DNA from: Cyanobacteriota bacterium
GTDB taxonomy: Bacteria > Cyanobacteriota > Cyanobacteriia > Cyanobacteriales > Nostocaceae
DNA length: 64,000 nucleotides
NCBI GenBank assembly: GCA_046045965.1
Contig: JBJOKS010000022.1
Location: forward strand, 32,001 to 96,000
Direction: 5' to 3'
The translations under genes were made by a program, and so were the position numbers. Position 1 is the stretch's first letter. Each line of letters opens with the position of its first letter. Under the pieces are notes generated by a model. It saw only the letters and a program-made list of their open reading frames with translations. It ran no database searches and was not told the DNA's origin. Below, in pieces: positions 38,016 to 49,198 of the stretch.

Positions 38016-38564
38016 TCAATAATTTCCAGCCCATGTTATCCATGTATGGGATAAACATAAGTGCAGAACTTCCTGGGTTGTCTCTGGTTCAGAAATGATT
38101 GCATTAGTTAAATCTGCTTTATTGAGTTCTGACTCCTCGATATTGCTACCCATCAAATTTGTTTTTTGAAGATTAGCACCACTGAAGTCAGCACCACTGA
38201 TATCTGCTTCACGGAGATTTGCACCCTCTAGGTTAGCCAACTTTAGATTTGCACCTCGCAAGTCTGCACGACTGAGGTTGGTTTCCTGAAAATTAGCTCT
38301 CGTTAAGTCAGCACCAATCAAATTTACTTGACTCAAGTTTGCACCTTGCAAATTTGCACCATTGAGATCAGCATTAGTCAAGTTTGCGCGACTGAAGTTG
38401 CAGTTACTCAAATTTGCTTCACTTAAATCAGCACCACTCAAGTCAGCTTCTGATAAATTAACTCCAGTTAATTCAGCTTTTGTTAGCTTGACTTGATGTA
38501 GAATTGCTCCTTGAAAATTCCGCTGTCCTGATTTATATTCATTCAGGAAGCTGATACTATCCAT
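38016..38564 (-). CDS. Pentapeptide repeat protein
   Basis: Y.SGQRNF followed by A(D/N)LxG repeats. Confidence 0.93.
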   Translation of the reverse strand: MDSISFLNEYKSGQRNFQGAILHQVKLTKAELTGVNLSEADLSGADLSEANLSNCNFSRANLTNADLNGANLQGANLSQVNLIGADLTRANFQETNLSRADLRGANLKLANLEGANLREADISGADFSGANLQKTNLMGSNIEESELNKADLTNAIISEPETTQEVLHLCLSHTWITWAGNY

Positions 38565-38751
38565 AGTTCACCTCTCTATGTCTATAGGTGAGTTCAACTC
38601 CTCAAACCACACAAAAGACAATCGGGTTATTCTATTGTGCTAAAGATTTTTGGATTTTAAATCTCTCCTTTAGAGAAAGATACTTAACTTAATGTTAATC
38701 CCATGCGTTATGATTAAAATCTATTGAGACAGAGAAAAAACAAGTATTAAT

Positions 38752-39384
38752 ATGACGGCTGATTTGATATCTACCATTACGCCTGATTTTTTCAGCATTT
38801 TAACCCAAAGCGCGATCGCCTATCGACAGGGAAATAAACTTCCTCCGGCTGAGTTAGTAGTCAATGCGTTGTTACAAGCAGAAAAAAATGCCAAACAGCA
38901 ACGTCTCAATTATCCTTTTGGTTCTCTCTTCGGTAAATGGCGGCTTTGTTTTGCTACTGGTACTAAGAAAGTCAGAAAGCGTGGGGGAATTATTTTAGGT
39001 AAGGGTTTCTATCTACCAAAATTTGCATCCGCTTATATTTCTTTTAGTCCCAGTTTAGAACAAAGTTTAGAACAATCTGCGGTTAAAGGGGAAATTGCTA
39101 ATCAAGTACAACTAGGATCTATGTTGTTAAAACTCACAGGTCCAGCGCAATATTTGGGTAAGAAAAATCTCTTGGCTTTTGATTTTACTCAGATGCAAAT
39201 TAGTTTATTTAATCGTGTTGTCTACAACCAGCAGATTCGTTCTGGTAAAGTTCAATCTGAGGATTTTTATAGTCAAACTATAGCTAAATTACCCTTTTTT
39301 GCTTTCTTTTTAATCACTGATGATTTTATTGCTGCTCGTGGCCGTGGAGGAGGTTTAGCTATTTGGATTCGAGAAAACAATTAA
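38752..39384 (+). CDS. Conserved hypothetical protein (fibrillin/lipocalin-like)
   Basis: LFGKWRLCF motif, AARGRGGGLAIW C-terminus. Confidence 0.75.
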   Translation: MTADLISTITPDFFSILTQSAIAYRQGNKLPPAELVVNALLQAEKNAKQQRLNYPFGSLFGKWRLCFATGTKKVRKRGGIILGKGFYLPKFASAYISFSPSLEQSLEQSAVKGEIANQVQLGSMLLKLTGPAQYLGKKNLLAFDFTQMQISLFNRVVYNQQIRSGKVQSEDFYSQTIAKLPFFAFFLITDDFIAARGRGGGLAIWIRENN

Positions 39385-39395
39385 AAACCCAAAAT

Positions 39396-40355
39396 CTAAA
39401 ATCCAAAATTATCTGAAAGAGATTTTTCTATTACTTCACTCACAAATTGATTACCTTTAAGATTAAGATGAATGTTATCTTGATAGATACTTTGTGGATT
39501 TTCTATTGAGTTAAATTCCGGTAAAAAATCAATGTATTTAATTTGCTGTTCTTTGGTAAAATCATCTAAACGTTTACGCGCGACAATTTCATAATCACGG
39601 GGTCCAGGCTGACCAATTTCTCTCAATAATGGAGTCATGGCTAGTAGAAATCTACTGTTATTTTCTTGAGCGAAACTGTGAATTTTACCAATGGTTTCTA
39701 AATTAATTCCCACGCGATCGCCTGGTTCTTTTTGCAATGCTTCTAATTCAGGTATGGGTTTTTGTTTAATTAAATAACGCTGTAAAACTTCTATAATTGC
39801 TAAAGGCTGTTTACGATCTGGATAATTGCGATCGCGTCCCACAGGTAAGGAAGTAGGAGTAGTGGCAAATAAATCATCAGTGTTAATTAATAACACTATA
39901 ACTTGAGCTTGAAAATTGCCGAAACGCCGCAAATAAGCTAATTCGTTTCTCGGTCCCCAGGAATTAGCAGAAGCATTTAAAACTTCTACCTGTTGGTAAT
40001 TACTCTGAGATTTTTGAGATTTTAAGGAAGTTTCAATTAAACTAGAAATGGTATTTTGTTGATCTGTCCACCAACCGCCATTAGCAATAGAATCACCTAA
40101 AAGCAAAATTCGCAGTGTCGAGCTTTGAGGTAGCTTTTGTATTGGCGCACTTCGCATAGAATACTGATTAATTTCAATGCGGTTGCCCATTCTGCGGGTG
40201 CGTTGATTAGGTGCTAATAAATAACCAATTTGTTCATCACCAATATAAATGAGGGGATTACCAAAACCAAACAGCGATCGCAAACCCAACTCTATGATCG
40301 CAAATAACCCCACAACTACCGCCAAAATCACCATCAACACTACTTTCACCTGCAA
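39396..40355 (-). CDS. SGNH/GDSL hydrolase
   Basis: LLGDS, VLNAS, NTDD, DNIHLN. Confidence 0.88.
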   Translation of the reverse strand: MQVKVVLMVILAVVVGLFAIIELGLRSLFGFGNPLIYIGDEQIGYLLAPNQRTRRMGNRIEINQYSMRSAPIQKLPQSSTLRILLLGDSIANGGWWTDQQNTISSLIETSLKSQKSQSNYQQVEVLNASANSWGPRNELAYLRRFGNFQAQVIVLLINTDDLFATTPTSLPVGRDRNYPDRKQPLAIIEVLQRYLIKQKPIPELEALQKEPGDRVGINLETIGKIHSFAQENNSRFLLAMTPLLREIGQPGPRDYEIVARKRLDDFTKEQQIKYIDFLPEFNSIENPQSIYQDNIHLNLKGNQFVSEVIEKSLSDNFGF

Positions 40356-40528
40356 TACCTTTCATTGAATAGTATTTACTTATCTATAAATTCCCCAGTC
40401 CCCAGTCCCCAGTCCCCAGTCACCCATAACCTGTAAATAATAATGTGAATTTAACATCATTAGGTGAACAGAAGAACTACAATCAAAACGGACAGAATGG
40501 CAATGTAACAAAGGAGGCTTACAAAGGT

Positions 40529-40669
40529 ATGTCCGACTTAAATCGCGGAATTATGAAATTTGAAGGTGCAGATTCACCAAAAGTAGTCACAATCTCTACT
40601 GTGTTAGTTTTGGGATCAATAGCAGCACTCATCCTGTGGGCGTTGCAGTCTGCCTATGCGTTAAACTAG
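40529..40669 (+). CDS. 46-aa single-TM small protein
   Basis: AAGGAGG RBS at 40511-17; MSDLNRGIMKFEGADSP plus hydrophobic helix. Confidence 0.75.
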   Translation: MSDLNRGIMKFEGADSPKVVTISTVLVLGSIAALILWALQSAYALN

Positions 40670-40839
40670 GATCATTGATAAGCTTAAAGGACACTGGCAA
40701 CAAAGGTTTACCTAGCTGCTCAGTGTCCGTAAAGACATCAAATAGATAGCAAAAAAAATAATTAGAAATAATTCAAATTTAGATTTGCTATTTGCAACTT
40801 TAGATGCAATATAAATCTAAAATACAAAAACAACAATAA

Positions 40840-43710
40840 ATGTTTCAGCTTTGGGGTTTATTAGTTATTTTAATTACTTGCCCACTCTTAGGGGCAATGC
40901 CGCTAATCGCTTGGATTACTTACGCTATCAAGCGTCAGCGATTAGCAAAAATTGGTACAGGAAATATTACCGTCTCCGCTGCTTTCTATCACGGTGGTAA
41001 ACTCGTAGGTATTCTGGCAGTGCTGTCGGAAGCATTCAAAGGAATTGCAGCGGTATTAATTGCCCGTATTTTCTTTCCTGAAGGTTCATTTTGGGAATTG
41101 ATAGCTTTGATCGCCTTAGTTATCGGTAGATATACTGTAGGTAGAGGTGCAGGAACGACAAACGTAGTTTGGGGATTTTTGATGCACGATCCCCTAATTG
41201 CCGGATTTGTCAGTTTAGTAGCAGCCATTGGTTTTATCATTCTGCGCTCTAAACAAGCGATCAAATATGGGGTTTTGATTTTATTTCCCGTATTTGTAGC
41301 AGTCCTGCATTTTAATGATTTTGCCAAAATTGTCGCTGCCTTTGCATTAGCGGGGTTAATTGGTTGGATTTATCAACAAATCCCCGATGACATGGATCTG
41401 CCAGTCGCAGAAGCAGACACAGAATCACAACCCATGATGCAATATTTAAGCGGTGGTGAGCAAACGATTATCACTTTGGACGATGAAATAGAACCAGAAG
41501 TATTTGGAGCTAAAGCCGCTACATTATCGCAAATTAAACGCTGGGGTTATCCAGTGCCAAAAGGATGGATTTTAGCGCCGTTTGATGATCCTGGGATGTT
41601 GATTGATTTTCTGCAACCATCATCACTTTCACCCTTGGTAGTGCGTTCCTCAGCTATTGGGGAAGACTCAGAACAAGCTTCTGCGGCTGGACAATACGAA
41701 ACAGTGTTGAATGTTACGAATAAACAAGAATTAGAAACAGCGATCGCTCAAGTCCAAGCCTCCTATAATCATCCTGCGGCTGTCCAATATCGGCGCGATC
41801 TTGGTGCTAAAGATGCAGCCATGGCCGTACTCATTCAACCCCAAGTCCAAAGTGTATATTCTGGGGTCGCCTTTAGCCGTGATCCTATCGTCCAACAAGG
41901 TGATGCGGTAGTGATTGAAGCAGTATCAGGAAGTCCTGCACAAGTTGTTTCTGGAAAAATCACACCAGAACAATATCGAGTGTTTGTTGTAGGTGAAGAG
42001 AAGTTATCAACTTTACAGTTTGAGGGAGAAGGAAAAATTCCCCAAGCATTAATTAAGCAAGTAGCGTACCTAGCTCGACGACTAGAAAAACGTTATCATG
42101 GCATTCCCCAAGATGTAGAGTGGAGTTATGACGGACAAACTCTCTGGGTATTGCAAGCAAGACCAATTACCACCCTCCTACCACTTTGGACAAGGAAAAT
42201 AGCCGCTGAAGTCATTCCCGGTGTGATTCATCCCTTAACTTGGTCGATTAATTTACCCTTAACTTGTGGGATGTGGGGTGAACTGTTTACTTTAGTTTTA
42301 GGCGATCGCTCTCGTGATTTAGATTTTACCAAAATGGCGACGCTGCATTACTCTAGAGCCTATTTTAATGCTTCTTTCTTAGGGGAAGTTTTTCTAGAAA
42401 TGGGTTTACCGCCAGAAAGTTTGGATTTTTTAACTAGAGGTGCAAAAATGAGTAAACCCCCTCTAGCTTCAACTTGGGAGAATTTACCAGGACTGACAAA
42501 GCTGCTACAGCGAGAAATCAGCTTAGAAAAGGAATTTAAGCAGGATTATCGCACAAGGTTTATTCCTGGGTTGACAAAATTAGCAAATGAACTAATTGAG
42601 GAATTATCAGCACCTCAGTTATTAGGCCGAATTGACTTGATTCTCGATTTGCTCAACCAAGGTACTTACTACAGTATTTTATCTCCCTTGAGTGCTGCCA
42701 TCCGTCAAGCAGTTTCTGGGGTGAAGGATGAAAAAATTGATCATAGTATCACTCCCGAAATTTCATCATTGCGATCGCTGAGAATTTTAGCCGCAGATGC
42801 CAAAGAAATATTACCTGAGTTTGACCCAGGGAGAGTTTTTGAAGACTTGGCGCAAACTCCAGAAGGTGAAAGGATTTTGGATGATTTTGCCGAAATACTG
42901 GAAGATTACGGTTATTTAAGTGAGGTAGGAACTGATATTTCTGTACCCACCTGGAAAGAACAGCCTCACCTAGTCAAACAATTGTTTATCCAGTTCATGG
43001 AAACAAGTGAACCAGCAAATGGGGATGACTCCAGAAAGCGTCAGCAAGGTTTTGTCCAAAGCCGTGTGGATCTTAAAGGAAGAGTCACAGAAGTTTATTC
43101 TCGCTTGTTAGCTGAATTGCGCTGGACTTTTTTAGCTTTAGAAAAGATTTGGCTGCAAAATGGTTTATTACAACAAACGGGGGATATCTTCTTTTTAAGA
43201 TTGGGTGAAGTGCGACGTTTAGCCGCAAATGCTGATCCAGAACTAAGAAATCAACTTTCAGCATTATTGCAAAAACGGCGATCGCAATTTCTCCAAGATA
43301 GCCAAATTACTCAAATTCCCCCTCTAGTTTATGGCAACAATCCCCCCCATCCTATCGCCTCTCCAATAGATACCTCTGACCATATCTTACTAGGCATTCC
43401 CGCCAGTCAAGGACAAGCCGCAGGACAAGTTAAGGTGGTGAGAAATTTACAGGAAGTAGGCGAAATTAATAAGGGGACAATTCTTGTCGTACCTTATACA
43501 GATTCCGGTTGGGCTACCATCTTAGTCAGGGCAGGAGGAGTCATAGCCGAAGCTGGTGGTAAACTTTCTCATGGGGCGATAGTTGCCCGTGAATACGGTA
43601 TTCCCGCAGTCATGGATGTACGAGGTGCTACCTATCTGCTCCAGGATGGTCAACAAGTACGCATTGATGGTTCTAAAGGAATTGTCGAACTAGAGGAATT
43701 TTTAGCCTAA
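40840..43710 (+). CDS. PlsY-like acyltransferase domain fused to PEP-synthase-type ATP-grasp and phospho-His swivel domains
   Basis: GTGNI...EAFKG...GRGAG (PlsY-like); VVRSSAIGEDS, QDVEW, LQARPIT; GGKLSHGAIVAREYGIPAV. Confidence 0.88.
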   Translation: MFQLWGLLVILITCPLLGAMPLIAWITYAIKRQRLAKIGTGNITVSAAFYHGGKLVGILAVLSEAFKGIAAVLIARIFFPEGSFWELIALIALVIGRYTVGRGAGTTNVVWGFLMHDPLIAGFVSLVAAIGFIILRSKQAIKYGVLILFPVFVAVLHFNDFAKIVAAFALAGLIGWIYQQIPDDMDLPVAEADTESQPMMQYLSGGEQTIITLDDEIEPEVFGAKAATLSQIKRWGYPVPKGWILAPFDDPGMLIDFLQPSSLSPLVVRSSAIGEDSEQASAAGQYETVLNVTNKQELETAIAQVQASYNHPAAVQYRRDLGAKDAAMAVLIQPQVQSVYSGVAFSRDPIVQQGDAVVIEAVSGSPAQVVSGKITPEQYRVFVVGEEKLSTLQFEGEGKIPQALIKQVAYLARRLEKRYHGIPQDVEWSYDGQTLWVLQARPITTLLPLWTRKIAAEVIPGVIHPLTWSINLPLTCGMWGELFTLVLGDRSRDLDFTKMATLHYSRAYFNASFLGEVFLEMGLPPESLDFLTRGAKMSKPPLASTWENLPGLTKLLQREISLEKEFKQDYRTRFIPGLTKLANELIEELSAPQLLGRIDLILDLLNQGTYYSILSPLSAAIRQAVSGVKDEKIDHSITPEISSLRSLRILAADAKEILPEFDPGRVFEDLAQTPEGERILDDFAEILEDYGYLSEVGTDISVPTWKEQPHLVKQLFIQFMETSEPANGDDSRKRQQGFVQSRVDLKGRVTEVYSRLLAELRWTFLALEKIWLQNGLLQQTGDIFFLRLGEVRRLAANADPELRNQLSALLQKRRSQFLQDSQITQIPPLVYGNNPPHPIASPIDTSDHILLGIPASQGQAAGQVKVVRNLQEVGEINKGTILVVPYTDSGWATILVRAGGVIAEAGGKLSHGAIVAREYGIPAVMDVRGATYLLQDGQQVRIDGSKGIVELEEFLA

Positions 43711-43770
43711 TGGGGACTGGGTATTGGGGACTGGGGACTGGGGACTGGGGACTGGGGACTGGGGACTGGG
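43711..43770. repeat. Short tandem heptamer repeat TGGGGAC
   Basis: Directly visible. Confidence 0.95.
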
Positions 43771-43817
43771 TTATTAATCTCCCCCTGCTTCCCCTGCCTC
43801 CCCTGCTTCCCTGGTTC

Positions 43818-45440
43818 CTACAAAAATCCCCGTTTACCATTAGGGCGCACTGTCAGCCAATTAATCTTTGCTAATGCCAGTTGCTCATCAGTAACCTTAG
43901 CACCAGTGAGATTAGCACCACACAAATTAGCACCTCGGAGATTAGCCTGACTCATATAAGCATAACTGAGGTCTGCACCTCTGAGGTCTGCCCCATCTAA
44001 ATCAGCATGACTCAAATAAGCTTTAGTCAAATTAGCATCCTTGAGATTCGCCTCTTTCAGACTAGCCCTCCCAAAGTCAGTATTTTCGAGATTAGCATCT
44101 TGCAGGTTGGTTTTTGTCAATTGAGCGCCGTGGAAATTAGTTCCCGATAAATCCGCACCTTGTAAGTTCAACAGACAGATATTGTATGAAGCAAAATCCC
44201 GCCTTCCCTTAGTATAGGCTGTTAGCAAATCTTGGGAATTTAATTTGCGGTTAACTTGAGAACCACTGCTGTTACTGTTAACCAGATTTGAAGATTTGGT
44301 GATGAATTGTTTACGCTCTCTTCGTCCAGCCTGTAATCCAGAAGTTTCTCCTAATTTAGCTCGTCTAGCACGAATCGCAGCCGCAACCTGGGCTACACCA
44401 TTATTATCATTGGCAGCAGACTCCTTGAACAAAACAGCAGAATTGTCTGGACGGTTGTTAATTCGCTCTTTAACATCCACATCAGATTTAACATCAGACT
44501 TAACTATTAACCCCTTAGCTAAACTGTCTAGATATGGTTCCATATCTAACGCTCTCAGTACCTCTGGGGCTGACTGGTAGCGATTGCGAACTGAAACTTC
44601 CAACATTTTTTTTAACACGCTTGTGAAATGCTCACTCAAATCCACAAGCTGTTCCCACATAATTTCTCCCGTTGTGGGATTGTATGGCAAGTCTTTGGGA
44701 GTTTTAGCAGTCAATAGATAAATACAGGTGATACCTAGCGCATAGATATCGCTGGCGTAAACTGGACGCATAGCCATTTGTTCAGGAGGAGCAAAACCTG
44801 GTGTACCAATGGCATAGGCTGTTAACGCTGTCTGTCCTGCTGGGTTAGGCGCAGTTTGGCTAACTTGGTTTTTGACAGCGCCAAAATCAATCAGTACCAG
44901 TCTTGCATCCTGAGAGCGGCGAATTAAGTTAGCTGGTTTGATATCACGGTGAATTACCTTTAGCTCATGGATGTATTGCAGTAGTGGCAGAATCTCGCTT
45001 AAGAACTGTTTCACTCCCGCTTCGCTATAGCATCCAATTTTTTTCACTTCCTGTTGGAGAGTAGCACCACTGATGTATTCCTGAACCAAGTAAAATTGGT
45101 TATCCTGTTTAAAATAGTCTAGTAGCCGTGGTATTTGTGGATGATTGCCAATCTTACCCAAGGTTTTAGCTTCTCTCTCAAACAACTCCTCTGCCATCTG
45201 CAATATATGTGGGGCTGTTCCTGATGGACGTAGCTGCTTGATAACACAGCTGGGTTTTCCAGGTAAGACTTCATTCTGGGCTAAAAACGTTGCTCCGAAG
45301 CCTCCCTGACCTAATTGTTTGATTGCTCGATATTGACCGCATTTACCGCTCAACAGTAGTGGAGCGCCACAAGATTCACACCTTTGGACAGATGCCAAAT
45401 TTTTTGGATGGGGACAGGTAGGATTGAAGCAGTAGCTCAT
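43818..45440 (-). CDS. Ser/Thr kinase with C-terminal pentapeptide repeats (SpkB-like)
   Basis: 4-Cys N-terminus, HRDIKPAN, DFG, pentapeptide tail. Confidence 0.93.
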   Translation of the reverse strand: MSYCFNPTCPHPKNLASVQRCESCGAPLLLSGKCGQYRAIKQLGQGGFGATFLAQNEVLPGKPSCVIKQLRPSGTAPHILQMAEELFEREAKTLGKIGNHPQIPRLLDYFKQDNQFYLVQEYISGATLQQEVKKIGCYSEAGVKQFLSEILPLLQYIHELKVIHRDIKPANLIRRSQDARLVLIDFGAVKNQVSQTAPNPAGQTALTAYAIGTPGFAPPEQMAMRPVYASDIYALGITCIYLLTAKTPKDLPYNPTTGEIMWEQLVDLSEHFTSVLKKMLEVSVRNRYQSAPEVLRALDMEPYLDSLAKGLIVKSDVKSDVDVKERINNRPDNSAVLFKESAANDNNGVAQVAAAIRARRAKLGETSGLQAGRRERKQFITKSSNLVNSNSSGSQVNRKLNSQDLLTAYTKGRRDFASYNICLLNLQGADLSGTNFHGAQLTKTNLQDANLENTDFGRASLKEANLKDANLTKAYLSHADLDGADLRGADLSYAYMSQANLRGANLCGANLTGAKVTDEQLALAKINWLTVRPNGKRGFL

Positions 45441-45788
45441 GCACTCTTAACTCGCTGCACGACAAATGAGGGAGAAAATTGGACTCTTATTACATTATTG
45501 AGCGCAAATTTCAATGTTGTCAGGTAATTTTTGCGGGAATATCTTTAAAGATTTCCTAAACTTATAGTGATGTTAATTCAAATTATAGCAAATCACTGAG
45601 AATTTTCTATACTTAGAATTAAAACTATTTTCTGCACTATTATCTCATTAAAAGAATGCCATAAGTGCTGATTTTTTTATGTAAAATTTACGTAAAATAG
45701 TTTTTTTTTGATACAAATTATCTAGATAATGAATACTATTAATATTTACGTATACTACTTAGATATACTTTCCATGAAATTACTTGCA

Positions 45789-45820
45789 AATAACGCATGA
45801 ATGATTGTTTATGTGTTATT
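45789..45820. promoter_or_regulatory. SmtB-type operator
   Basis: AATAACGCATGAA-TGATTG-TTTATGTGTTATT imperfect inverted repeat upstream of the metallothionein gene. Confidence 0.7.
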
Positions 45821-45852
45821 GTGTTATTTACAATCTCAGAATGGAGAGATGT

Positions 45853-46014
45853 ATGACTAACGTCAATCAAATGAAATGCGCCTGTCCGAGTTGCTTGTGC
45901 ATCGTTTCCCTAGAAAACGCAGTCCTCAAAGAAGGTAAATATTATTGCTCTGATGGCTGTGCTGAGGGACATGAAACTATCCAAGGCTGTGGCCATAAAG
46001 GATGTGGCTGTTAA
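45853..46014 (+). CDS. smtA: Bacterial metallothionein
   Basis: KCACPSCLC...YYCSDGCAEGH...GCGHKGCGC. Confidence 0.95.
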   Translation: MTNVNQMKCACPSCLCIVSLENAVLKEGKYYCSDGCAEGHETIQGCGHKGCGC

Positions 46015-46019
46015 TACGC

Positions 46020-46078
46020 AGGGAATAGGGAATAGGGAATAGGGAATAGGGAATAGGGAATAGGGAATAGGGAACAGG
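46020..46078. repeat. Short tandem heptamer repeat AGGGAAT
   Basis: Directly visible. Confidence 0.95.
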
Positions 46079-46146
46079 GCGAATTTTCACTCTTTCCCTT
46101 ACTCTTATTCCCATATCCCTATCTTTCTGTTTCCAGTAACAAGAGG

Positions 46147-47445
46147 TTACAGACTGGAAAGCACTTCTTTTGCAGCTGCTAAGGTTTGCTCAATATCTTC
46201 ATCTGTGTGAGCTAAAGAGGTAAACCCAGCCTCAAACTGAGATGGTGCTAAGTAAATACCACGCTCTAACATCCCCCGATGGAATCTGCCAAACTTCACG
46301 GTGTCAGCTTTTTTCGCATCTTCATAGTTATGAACTGGACCTGCGGTGAAGAATAAGCCAAACATGGCGCTGATACTACCACCACAAGCTGCATGACCAG
46401 TTTCTTGAGCAATTTTTAGCAAACCATCAGCCAGTTTCTTAGTTATCCGTTCTAGGTACTCGTAGCTACCGGGTTTTTGCAGTAATTCCAAGGTTTTAAT
46501 TCCCGCAGTCATAGCTAGGGGATTTCCAGAAAGAGTCCCAGCTTGATATACAGGACCTGCGGGAGCAACCATTGACATAATATCACGGCGACCACCATAG
46601 GCTCCCACTGGTAAGCCACCACCGATGACTTTACCCATTGTGGTTAAATCAGGGGTGATGCCAAATTTCTCTTGAGCGCCACCGTAAGCAATACGGAAGC
46701 CGGTCATTACTTCATCAAATACTAATAAAGCTCCATGTTCGTGGGTAAGTTCCCGCAAACCTTCTAAAAAGCCAGCATCGGGAGTAATAAAGCCAGCATT
46801 ACCAACTACTGGTTCGAGAATGACACCAGCAATTTCGTCGCGGTTTTGCTCAAATAAAACTTTGACAGCTTCCAAATCATTGTAAGGCGCTGTTAATGTA
46901 TCGCTAGTTGCAGCTTTGGGAACTCCAGGGGAGTCAGGTAAACCCAGTGTAGCTACACCAGAACCTGCTTTGACCAGGAACATATCAGCGTGTCCGTGAT
47001 AGCAACCTTCAAATTTGATGATTTTATCTCGTTTGGTGAAAGCTCGCATTAACCGCAGTACGGCCATACAAGCTTCGGTTCCAGAGTTGACAAATCTTAC
47101 CATTTCGATGCTAGGAACTGCATCTATTACCATTTCTGCGAGGACGTTTTCTAACGCACAGGGAGCGCCAAAGCTTGTACCTTTTTCTAAAGCTGTATGT
47201 AGTGCGCTGATAACTTCTGGATGAGCGTGACCACAAATAGCCGGTCCCCAAGTACCAACATAATCAATGTATTTGTTACCATCCACATCCCAAATATATG
47301 CGCCATTAACGCGATCAAATACTATAGGTTGTCCACCGACGGATTTAAAAGCACGTACTGGAGAACTAACGCCTCCTGGCATCAGGTTTTGAGCAGCTGC
47401 AAAGATTTCTTGTGATTTTGTGGTTTTAATTGTGGTGTTTACCAA
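46147..47445 (-). CDS. hemL: Glutamate-1-semialdehyde 2,1-aminomutase
   Basis: [39 protein letters not shown]. Confidence 0.98.
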   Translation of the reverse strand: MVNTTIKTTKSQEIFAAAQNLMPGGVSSPVRAFKSVGGQPIVFDRVNGAYIWDVDGNKYIDYVGTWGPAICGHAHPEVISALHTALEKGTSFGAPCALENVLAEMVIDAVPSIEMVRFVNSGTEACMAVLRLMRAFTKRDKIIKFEGCYHGHADMFLVKAGSGVATLGLPDSPGVPKAATSDTLTAPYNDLEAVKVLFEQNRDEIAGVILEPVVGNAGFITPDAGFLEGLRELTHEHGALLVFDEVMTGFRIAYGGAQEKFGITPDLTTMGKVIGGGLPVGAYGGRRDIMSMVAPAGPVYQAGTLSGNPLAMTAGIKTLELLQKPGSYEYLERITKKLADGLLKIAQETGHAACGGSISAMFGLFFTAGPVHNYEDAKKADTVKFGRFHRGMLERGIYLAPSQFEAGFTSLAHTDEDIEQTLAAAKEVLSSL

Positions 47446-47793
47446 GGTTATCTCCTATAGGTGGTAATTAAATTGAGCTTCTATTTGAGGATAAGACAAA
47501 ATCAGGCTGAAAGTGTCTATGCTCACATAATTGGGGTTTGCTGTAACTTTTGTTGCTGTTGTGATTTCTGTAATTTCTGAGATCCGGCATAGGCATAAAA
47601 GTTTTTTTATTGAGGCAAGGATCAGGGTAAAAAATTATATAATTTTTCAGTGAAGCCACTAGACTAAAATGTTCTTTTTTTTACAATACAGTCAATAAGG
47701 GAATGCTTAGGTGTTCAAGTTGCTTTCTGGACTGGAAATCACCTGTTGCTGTCTCTGATAGATGTGATTTGCAAACAGTAAAAAAAGGACAAC

Positions 47794-48441
47794 GTGATGA
47801 AATTATCTCGGATTTTCCCATTGGTGGTTGGTGGTGCTGTGGCTGGTATGGTGGTTAGTGGTGCATCTCCAGCGCAAGCACTGGAATTTGTCACTAATGG
47901 AGATTTTGAATCTGGTTTGACTGGATGGACGAGTGTTGGTTGGACTTTTTTGAATGCGAGTGATATCGGAGGTGTCGGAGGCAACTTTTCTGGTATCGCT
48001 GATACAGGTGCTAGTAGCAGTTCTCCAGCCAATTTATCGCAAACTATCAGCGGTCTAGTTGTGGGACAGACCTATAACTTTAGTTTTGACTATTTTACGG
48101 AGCAGAGTGAACCAAATGGTATTATAGCCACACTGGGGTCTACGACTCTGGCCTCTCTCATTAATACCACTCCAGCTGCTTTCACCACCTTTTCCACCAG
48201 TTTTGTAGCCTCACAAACCTCAGCTACATTAAATTTCCAAGGTTACAATGATCCTTCTTTTACTTCTTTAGACAACGTATCTTTGACCGGTGCTGCTGCT
48301 GCTCCAGTACCCTTCGACGTTCCTGGTGGTGCAACTATTCCTACAGTCGGTTCTCTGTTTGCACTAGGATTGATGAGACAAGCTAAAAAGCGGTTAGCAT
48401 TAAAAAAACTTGTTGTTAATTCTGGGGAGACTGTTGTTTAA
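47794..48441 (+). CDS. Exported Ser/Thr-rich protein with PEP-CTERM-like sorting signal (VPFD variant)
   Basis: Signal peptide ending AQA, NGDFE...LDNVSL domain, VPFD-TM-basic tail. Confidence 0.8.
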   Translation: MMKLSRIFPLVVGGAVAGMVVSGASPAQALEFVTNGDFESGLTGWTSVGWTFLNASDIGGVGGNFSGIADTGASSSSPANLSQTISGLVVGQTYNFSFDYFTEQSEPNGIIATLGSTTLASLINTTPAAFTTFSTSFVASQTSATLNFQGYNDPSFTSLDNVSLTGAAAAPVPFDVPGGATIPTVGSLFALGLMRQAKKRLALKKLVVNSGETVV

Positions 48442-48444
48442 TTT

Positions 48445-49198
48445 TGTCTGAATCAGGATGTCCAGGATTTAAGGATTTTCAGGATGGTTTATTAGGGTGC
48501 GTTAGATGTTTAAGAGTTTGACGCACTTTATTAATTGTCTGCATCAGGATGTCCAGGATTTAAGGATTTTCAGGATGTTGATTTTGTCTGCATCAGGATG
48601 TCCAGGATTTAAGGATTTTCAGGATGGTTTATTAGGGTGCGTTGGATATTTAAGAATATGTTTGAGGCACTTTATAAACTGTCTGAATCAGGATGTCCAG
48701 GATTTAAGGATTTACAGGATGTTTTATTAGGGTGCGTTTGATATTTAAGAATATGTTTATTGACATTATGTATATATAGCAATCCGATTTGAGTTATGAA
48801 CAAATAGTACAAATAATTTGGTAAGGTTAGGATACTCAAAGCCTTAATCTAATTCGATTTACGTCAATAGTAACTATGATCTAATCGTTCTATAATCATT
48901 TAGGATTTCTATAGTTTAAATTAGCATCAGTTAAACTACAGATAAAACCCTATAAGAAATATTGTTGATTCTCATATTTTACGTTTATTATTATTTCTTA
49001 ATTACTAAAATCTTGATGTTAAGCAAAAAACCCTATCCTGTAAATCCTCTAATCATGGAAATCCTGATTCAGACAAAAATTCCTAACTTCTAAAATTACG
49101 ATGTTTGAAAAAAACCATCCCGAAAATCCTTTAATCCTGGACATCCTGATTCAGACAAAATACCACATCCTGAAAATCCTGAAAATCCTGATTCTGAC
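48445..49198. repeat. Composite repeat: four direct 42-bp units, REP-like spacers, central MITE, three inverted units
   Basis: TGTCTG(A/C)ATCAGGATGTCCAGGATTTAAGGATTT(T/A)CAGGATG at 48445, 48536, 48585, 48680; reverse-complement variants at 49035, 49116, 49166. Confidence 0.9.

Noticed and set aside
48445..48760. CRISPR array
   Set aside because: Spacers resemble each other, one is only 7 nt, inverted copies follow and there are no cas genes; the 48506-48730 ORF is a repeat artefact
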